From Ginkgo biloba (lineage: Eukaryota; Plantae; Ginkgophyta): a stretch of 32,703 nt of DNA. The notes below the pieces were generated by a model. It was not told where the DNA came from. It searched no databases and saw only the letters and a list, made by a program, of their open reading frames with translations. The position numbers and the translations under genes are program-made. The stretch covers positions 228,381,954 to 228,414,656 of the forward strand of contig JANKJI020000002.1 of assembly GCA_024626585.2 (NCBI GenBank), read 5' to 3'. Shown piece by piece: positions 24,901-32,703 of the stretch; positions within the stretch are counted from its first letter, which is position 1, and each line of letters starts with the position of its first letter.

Positions 24901-25516
24901 GAGGAAGCAAGTGAGATAGTGGCTCATATCATCTTCCTTGGAGGAAGGTGACTTCATTGGAGGTATTAGATCCAACACTATGGGACCCAACGAACCCGTT
25001 GAAGAAGTTGCAAGCCTTCTAAAGCACCTAGATTATTTTCTGCAGGAGAATAGCGTCCAATTTCACCCCAAATCAAGTTGCATCTTCCATCCTGGTTGAT
25101 TTAGGGCGTTTTCAGCATACAGGTATTCTAGATAGCAAGCTTTTGCATTTCATTTGGGTAAGTTGTCATTACTATAAGTAATTCTTGGATTACAGTGCTA
25201 CTATTTATCCTACAATACATAATGAGTTCTTTGCAGTTTCTGCAAAGAAACATATTTTTGTTTTATGGATGTACTTAGAAAGGATCTAAGCCCTAACTAT
25301 AGGTGATGTATAATCCTTGAGGCAGGGTGCCCTTGATCGTAGGGCTCATTTACTGCATTTAGAGGCAGTAATCATTATTTGATGAATACATCCTGTAATG
25401 TGAATTCTGAATTTTTNNNNNNNNNNNNNNNNNNNNNNNNNNNNNNNNNNNNNNNNNNNNNNNNNNNNNNNNNNNNNNNNNNNNNNNNNNNNNNNNNNNN
25501 NNNNNNNNNNNNNNNN

Positions 25517-27006
25517 AATTTTATGTATGGCTATCTTTTTGAAAATAAAAAAAGACTCCTATGGGCTTTAGAAACACACTTGGCCCTTTTTCGCCATGAG
25601 ATTGGGGGCTAACTTAGTTTAACACTTTTTAATTTTATTTTATCCTAATGTTTTGAACTTAGGGATTTTCTCCAAATTTTTTTGAATTTTTTTTTTAAAT
25701 TCTCTTCGATTCCAATTTTTTTTTATTTGAATCGTCATCATGCCATTCGGCTCCTAGATCACCTCCTCTATTTGTTTATGTCGTCACTCGATCTTCTTAC
25801 AGGTGCATTTGGCGTCTCTCTGATCGATTCTTGATAGGCAAACTCCTTTGTCCAAATGGCAACCTTACTGTGATTTCTTCCCACGGGTTGCGAATCCACA
25901 ACCCACGAGGTCTAGCGTTTGGCCTCCTATCTCCCGCCTCTGCGTTCAAATTTCCACGCGCTGCAACGTCCTCTCATCCCTGTGCCCATGCTACCTCTTG
26001 CAAAAAGTGTGTGATAGCTGTCGGGCGTGCTCCCACCCTCATACGCTTCAGGTGCAACTTCTTGCACCCCTTCCCAGTGTACACATCTCCCCTATCACTA
26101 ATCTCAAATAGCATTAAGATGTCTCAGGCTCCCATTCTTGGCCTCCGGCTATCCTCCAACAACTCTTTGATTCATCGACAATAGCGTTCTTAGCACAGGA
26201 GACTTCAAACGCGCCTCTCACTAAAACTGTTTTTTCAATCTCCACGTTTACCAATGTTCTACAGATTCAAAAAATTTTCTTTCACCAATGTCCACCCAAC
26301 ATCTCCACAGGCCTGCTCAAAGTTTTTCTCATGATCTCAATGGCAGTCACATGCTCCTTTACGTGGTACACAACAACGAACAATCTCCATGAATCCCTCA
26401 CAATGATTCACCATGGGCAATCTCTTGTTGTTTGACGTTTATACCAAACAGTCTCCTATGGTTTACTCCATCCATGAATAGTGCTTCAAGGGGTTTTCTC
26501 CACATCTTTCTTCTCTCTCCACAAACCAAGCATTCACAACAATGAATTTCTTCTTCTACATGCTTTCTCTTGACAGATTTGAGGCTGCATTCTTTAACTT
26601 GTCTCATACTTTGTTTCACAAACCAATGAACGCCAGCATGCTTTTCTGTGACAACGTGTGAATGGATTTACGTTTACACAAACTTTCTATGATGTGCAAT
26701 GATCTCACAGCATGGGTTTTCAAAACTCAATTGTCTGCAATAATGAACAGCCATAGGAATTCTTCAAACCCCTCCACCAACAATTCCTTCACATAAATCA
26801 CGAGCCTTCAAATACTGGACAATAAGCCCAAAATCAACACCAAATCAATGTCAACAACGAGTTTGATTTCAGCAACGAACCAGGCTAAGGATAACCCTTA
26901 GCTCTGATACCAAATGTAAATAATAGATATTAGAGTTGGTCTAACATTTAACGAACAAGCACAAGACTCAACTATTTGTAGTAGAATTGGTCTACCATAA
27001 AGTTTC
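25517..27006 (-). mobile_element. LTR retroelement: edge of 5' LTR (26915-27006), PBS and internal leader
   Basis: Perfect gctctgatacca at 26901-26912, then aa, then TGTAAA. The internal region extends leftwards with no gag motif recognised. Confidence 0.7.
26901..26912 (-). promoter_or_regulatory. Primer-binding site (tRNA-iMet)
   Basis: Minus strand tggtatcagagc is the canonical plant PBS, 2 nt from the LTR terminus. Confidence 0.9.
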
Positions 27007-27215
27007 NNNNNNNNNNNNNNNNNNNNNNNNNNNNNNNNNNNNNNNNNNNNNNNNNNNNNNNNNNNNNNNNNNNNNNNNNNNNNNNNNNNNNNNNNNNNNN
27101 NNNNNNGGCCTATATTCCTAGGAATATTATGCTGTTTCAGTAGCTTAAAAGTTAATACATTTTAAAGTACATTTTTAAGAAGCTGAACTTGTACCTTCAA
27201 ATTTTTGAACTACTA

Positions 27216-27968
27216 ATGTAGAAGCACTTTCAAACGAATAGCTAAAATCTTCTTGAACTTCCATCCAAGCCCTTAATATGTCCACAATGGCTGTTGACCA
27301 CTGAAATGGAATGCCTTGCAAAGTTCATGGAAAATCTTGTAGCCACTTATCATTTTCCCAAATTTTCTGTTGGATGCACATTTTAATGCAATTTGCAATA
27401 TGTTCTTCTCCGGATGCCATGTGATTAACTCCATACAGCTCATGATCTTGTAAAATTTCATTTTCAATTTGAATTTTTTTGGTCTTTCTGATTCCTTCAG
27501 GTTTAGATTGCATAGGTCTCTCAAATCTCTAGATTCTAATCATAGAAAACCAATTTTGCTGGATTGTGCGATGAACTGGATCATATGTTGAATAGGTTCT
27601 ATTTTAGACTGAACAGTCAGGATCAAAGCCTTTATCTCATCGAAATCCTCATTGGAATGTCTGTCTTCCCAAGCCAATCTAATATCCCATAATTCAACTT
27701 CGAATTTTGTTTCATTATCCCATTCTATTTGACCTGGATAGCAACATATTTCCATGGTTATTTTGTTCCTCCATTTGTCCTGACATAACAGGAAATTCTT
27801 CATCTGATCCTGACTCAATTTCACCATAACGGTTGGCTCATTTGGACATTCTTCTTGTATGTCTTCTGGTTACTTAGCACATTGATAAATTGTATTAGAA
27901 CAAACAGTCTCTTTCTTATCATCTGTAGAAATAGTCACATTGGAAGCTTCGACATCATCTTGTACGCT
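27216..27968 (-). pseudogene. Decayed reading frame of unknown family (251 codons, 3 internal stops)
   Basis: ORFs 27827-27540 and 27524-27273 share one frame, which extends on both sides. Stops occur only at 27870, 27540 and 27273. Confidence 0.55.
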
Positions 27969-29169
27969 CTACCAACATTGTCCTTATCTAATTATGGATA
28001 ATCTATGCTGAAATGCCTTGATTTTCAATTTCATGAGAACAGATTAGCAATGAATTAAGAGTTAGTTGGCAGTTAAGAGGGTGTATCTCTAGCTGTCCAA
28101 CTAACATGAAGAGGATAAAACACATAATCATAGTAATATGTGTGAGAACTGATTGGGGATCTCCAATCGTAGTTGAGAGATGCAATTTGAGACCATACAT
28201 GCATCATTAATGTGTAATGGAAGACTTGCCAGATTGTTTGTTCTTCTTGTGCTTGCTTTTGTGTGTGAGTGTAAGAGAGAGAGATTGTGTAGGCAAGGAG
28301 AGAAAACTGTGTAGGCAATGTCTTGTTCGTGACACTGTAGAGAACATAACTGCCTAGTGGGGCAGAAGTCTTAACAGCTTTGGTTTAGGCAGACCGAGGT
28401 TTGGAGATGCTTTAGGCACTCCTCACTGATGCACTATCACATGCTGGTTTTCACCTATACCATAGTCCACTTTTGGCCATTTGTGGGTGTTAATGTAATT
28501 TCCTTCTATGCAACTTGGCCATGCTACAGATTTAAGTGTTCACTTTCCAAATAATGTAGCTATATCCAAAAGTCTAGCATATGATGCTATAGAAGATATT
28601 GTTACCATGATAAAAGCAAATGATGCAACATAAAAGATGGTTTGTTCTTTTACGAAATAGTGAATTATTTTTCCAAAACTCCTGTATCAATTGATGCTAC
28701 AGAGGAGATTGTCCTCATCATAACAGTAAATGATCCAAGATTAAAAGTTTGCGTTTGACTTTTTTTTTATACAGTTATCTTTCCATCATTTTTACAAGCA
28801 ACAATAGTAGGACCTATGTAAAACTTTGAGAAAGAACCACACAACCACTTTCAAAATGAAACATGCAAACCAGCATGGCCTCGAGGAATGAGAAACAATA
28901 ACTGCCAGCTGGAATCTAGCTACTGACCCCAGGCCATAAGGAATGGAAAGTATAACCTCTATCTGGAGAAGAAAATGACTTAGCTAGTTGTCCCTGAGCA
29001 CATCTTGACATATATTTAGTCGCAAACCTTAGGCCACTATATTATACATATATGTTGCACTACAGATTCTTGTACCCCTAGGAGTATGATGTTGAGAATG
29101 GAAATTCTCTCAATTTGTTTTTCAAATCATGAATCTGATTGCTTTTAAATTCCTTTGCTTTTTGAGCAG

Positions 29170-29259
29170 GTAAATTGGTTGTGTACCACATCACGCGATT
29201 CAGAAAATCTTGTTGTCTGTGACACATCCAAAGTTCTGAAGGTGTACACTATTTTGTGA
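29170..29259 (+). CDS. WDR53: WD40-repeat protein (WDR53-like), last coding exon
   Basis: Polypyrimidine tract and gagcag acceptor end 29169. VNWLCTTSRDSENLVVCDTSKVLKVYTIL-TGA matches the plant WDR53 C-terminus (KVNWLCT..ENLVVCDT..V.KVY) and is in frame with the 19789 donor. Confidence 0.95.
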   Translation, partial: VNWLCTTSRDSENLVVCDTSKVLKVYTIL

Positions 29260-29459
29260 TGTAAGCACTAAGAGATGGTATTTTTTTTGGGTAATCTCTT
29301 TGCAAAGGATGCAATGTTTATAGGGCTTCTATCAAATTTTATGGATTAATGCATCTTTGAATCTTCTTGAATAACTGGGGGGTAACTTTTGAGTCTTCTT
29401 CTTATTCATAGATTGGCAGCCAGCAGACTGTATAGGCTTCCCCCCCCCCGGCCTCCGCC

Positions 29460-29708
29460 GTTGACTGCATTTTCATGTCTACAAGGGTGCATGAATATGC
29501 CTGCAAACCATATATAGTATCTGTGTTCTGACTTGTGTGGGAGTGAATAAATTTCTGCAAAGCAATTTTCAGGAGGGCTATGCAATATTAGCCAAGTCAC
29601 ATTTACATGCAAAATCAATTCATATGATGTGCACATTTGAATGTCTTATGTCTGTTGACTGCATTTTCATGTCTACAAGGGTGCATGAATATGCCTGCAA
29701 ACCATATA
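29460..29708. repeat. Identical 55-bp direct repeat, period 194 bp, second copy running into a gap
   Basis: gttgactgcattttcatgtctacaagggtgcatgaatatgcctgcaaaccatata at 29460-29514 and 29654-29708. Confidence 0.9.
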
Positions 29709-31488
29709 NNNNNNNNNNNNNNNNNNNNNNNNNNNNNNNNNNNNNNNNNNNNNNNNNNNNNNNNNNNNNNNNNNNNNNNNNNNNNNNNNNNNNNNNNNNN
29801 NNNNNNNNNNNNNNNNNNNNNNNNNNNNNNNNNNNNNNNNNNNNNNNNNNNNNNNNNNNNNNNNNNNNNNNNNNNNNNNNNNNNNNNNNNNNNNNNNNNN
29901 NNNNNNNNNNNNNNNNNNNNNNNNNNNNNNNNNNNNNNNNNNNNNNNNNNNNNNNNNNNNNNNNNNNNNNNNNNNNNNNNNNNNNNNNNNNNNNNNNNNN
30001 NNNNNNNNNNNNNNNNNNNNNNNNNNNNNNNNNNNNNNNNNNNNNNNNNNNNNNNNNNNNNNNNNNNNNNNNNNNNNNNNNNNNNNNNNNNNNNNNNNNN
30101 NNNNNNNNNNNNNNNNNNNNNNNNNNNNNNNNNNNNNNNNNNNNNNNNNNNNNNNNNNNNNNNNNNNNNNNNNNNNNNNNNCTCTCCCTTCGACAGAAAA
30201 TATGATATGTCCTCTAATGATTTTGGTATTGATTGTACCTAGAATAGCTTTGCGTTAGGAAACTTATCCTCTCCTTCTATCGGCTCTTCTCCTATGTTAA
30301 TTCGTAAAAGGTGGTCAGGACTGACATTATTTTGGCCCACTTTGACTGTATTACACAGTTCTGAATTATTGTTTGCCCTTTATTAGAACAATGTGATCAT
30401 CCTTTTACATGTTATTTTTAAACATGTAAACTTTGATATGATTTGTATGAATGTTGTAAGGATATTTGGCACATTAATATCTTATATGAGCCTTATTACA
30501 TTGGTTGTTATCTTGTATGAATCTTGTAGGATTAAGTGATCACATCTTAGTTGCTAGTGATCGGTCATTTTGATGTGTACTAATGACAAGTTTATGATAA
30601 CTATTAGTTAGTTGATAATTAGATGAAGTGGCAATAATTGTTCAGTTGTTTCTAATGTATATTATTATTTATCGTATGTGTAAAGTGTGGGAGCAGACTG
30701 ACAATTCAGATTATGCGAGAGGTGATCTGAGGTCTTGTGTGTAATGTTTATAATCATAATGGAATTGCCTTGCTTTAACTGTGTTCATTTTTGTGCAGTG
30801 ATTGATGAATGCTTGGTTTCGTTGGGGGGGGGGGGTGCAGTGGGGGGGTTGACTGAATACAGTGTCCTACATAATCAATTATGCATGGACAATGGGATTG
30901 TAATCAATCATACCCAGACTGTTAGGATTTTAGAGAAGAAGACGAACTATTGTGTGACTTGTAGAGGCTTTTAGACAGTTAGGTTAGAGTAGAATTCAAT
31001 CAACATTGGTTCTGGTATAAAGTTTGATCTAGGTTTATAATTGTGTTCTTGGAAACTTATTGTAAGATGAGTATGCAGGGAAACCTGTTTGTGTTCATAG
31101 CTGCCAGAGTGCTTGATAACTGCCATGGTGGTCTGTAGTAACCACGGAGATCGCATCAGTTAGGGAAGATAGTACTAGTTTGTAATTGGATTGTAAAATT
31201 GGAAATGGGTTCATAACCTATTCGCAGACAGTGAATTATTCCTTAGTGATTGAGCAGAAATCCATTTGAGTTTCTCCTGAAGAGTGGTACTACACATTTA
31301 ATCAAATAAAAGATGTGAGAAAGCATAATCAAATTTATTTTAGTTATTATTTCTTCTTGTTAGAACACCCTTAACAACTTTGGAGTCTNNNNNNNNNNNN
31401 NNNNNNNNNNNNNNNNNNNNNNNNNNNNNNNNNNNNNNNNNNNNNNNNNNNNNNNNNNNNNNNNNNNNNNNNNNNNNNNNNNNNNNNN

Positions 31489-32703
31489 GGTTTTTGTACT
31501 TGGTTTAAGCTCTATTCAATGATCAACATTTCTTTCTCTTAGTAAAGACTTGGGCAACTCATTTCGAAAGACATCTTCATACTCATTTAATAATAAGGAT
31601 ATTTGACTTAATAACTCTCTATCTTTCTTTTCTATTGGAAGGGTTTCTTTGATAAATACCCCAAATGTTTGGCTATTTGTATTGCGAGATAATCTTTTTA
31701 TTTGTANNNNNNNNNNNGCTGAAACAAAAGGTATTTGTCTTGAGTCCCTATCCCCATACAATTTAATGTTCTTTACCTTTTGGAAATGAAGAATATAATC
31801 TCTATGTAACATATGGACATTATATTTCCATAACCACTTTTGTCCCAATATGGCATCATATATCCTTATCTTCATAATATAAAAACCAATATGGTCTTCA
31901 TACTCTTAAATACTTACCAGTACTTTTGCAACGAACTCCTCCCAATATTGCATATCATTTCCATCAACCAATTCTATTTCATATAAATATGGAGCTTCTT
32001 GTGTCTTTAAACTTACTTTCTTTGCAAACTCTTCAAACACAAAGTTGTCAGTGCATCCATTATCTACTATAATGGTTCCCTCATGTTGATCCTTCCCTTA
32101 ATCATAAACAAATCTACATCATGGAATCTTTTAAAGTTCCTTAGGCTCACCCTTTAGGGAAGTGTTTTCTTTGAGTTCTTCTCCTTACATACTATTGTTA
32201 CTGCCTTCTTGTTCCTCTTGTTCTCTTTTCATGGTTTTGGATAGTTTTTCTTCATATGGTCACCTCCACACTCAAAATATCCTCTTGGCCCTTTCTTCTC
32301 TTCCTTAGGATTTTTCTTCTCAAGTTATAGTTGTCTTCTATCCTTGTTTTGGAAGGGTTGGGAGGATATTTTAAAGAAATGCTTCTTCTCTTTTTCCTTT
32401 TTAAAGGGTGTTCTATGACTTTACTTCTTCCTCGTAAATGATTTTCTTTTGAATTCAGGATTTGAAATATCAATAGCCTATACTTGTAGGGATATGTTTT
32501 CTACATCCTCTAGGGTTTTTTGTTGGGTTATATCAACTCCTTGTCTAATGTAATACTTCAACCCCCTCATAAAATGGTAGACTCTATATTTCATTGGTAA
32601 ATAAAAAATCCTAGTGAGGCTAGAATTTAGTTGGTTTCTATAATCTTAGACAGTGACATATTGTTGAAGGTTCCACAGATGGGTGTAGTATTCATGCATC
32701 TTA
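31489..32703 (-). mobile_element. Decayed Ty3/gypsy gag-protease-pre-RT fragment
   Basis: YHFMRGLKYYIRQGV (gag), FECGGDHMKKNYP (knuckle remnant), IVDNGCTDNFVFEEFAKKVSLKTQEAPYLYEIELVDG (protease), YDAILGQKWL and LLNEYEDVFRNELPKSLLRERNVDH*IELKP. Confidence 0.92.

Overview
AT-rich, gap-ridden plant nuclear DNA, probably from a large-genome non-flowering land plant (inference from gene and retroelement style). There are no prokaryotic systems, RNA genes or CRISPR arrays. The backbone is one spliced + strand WD40 gene of the WDR53 family, mostly invisible to the ORF track. Five exons are recovered: 1391-1436, 9154-9213, about 19284-19516, 19633-19789 and 29170-29259 (stop). The N-terminal exons lie outside the window and several middle exons are absent, probably inside N gaps. 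The long introns hold decayed retrotransposons: Ty3/gypsy-type gag/protease fragments (all on the minus strand), two tRNA-Met PBS/LTR junctions, and four distinct L1-type LINE ORF1 remnants plus ORF2 pieces. The best leads for novelty are an L1 ORF1 with a long Gly/RG-rich N-terminal extension (from 20843), an unassignable decayed 251-codon frame (27216-27968, minus), and a non-gag region behind a perfect PBS (about 25750-26912). None is demonstrably a new system from sequence alone. Family assignments rest on motif recognition from memory, not database searches.
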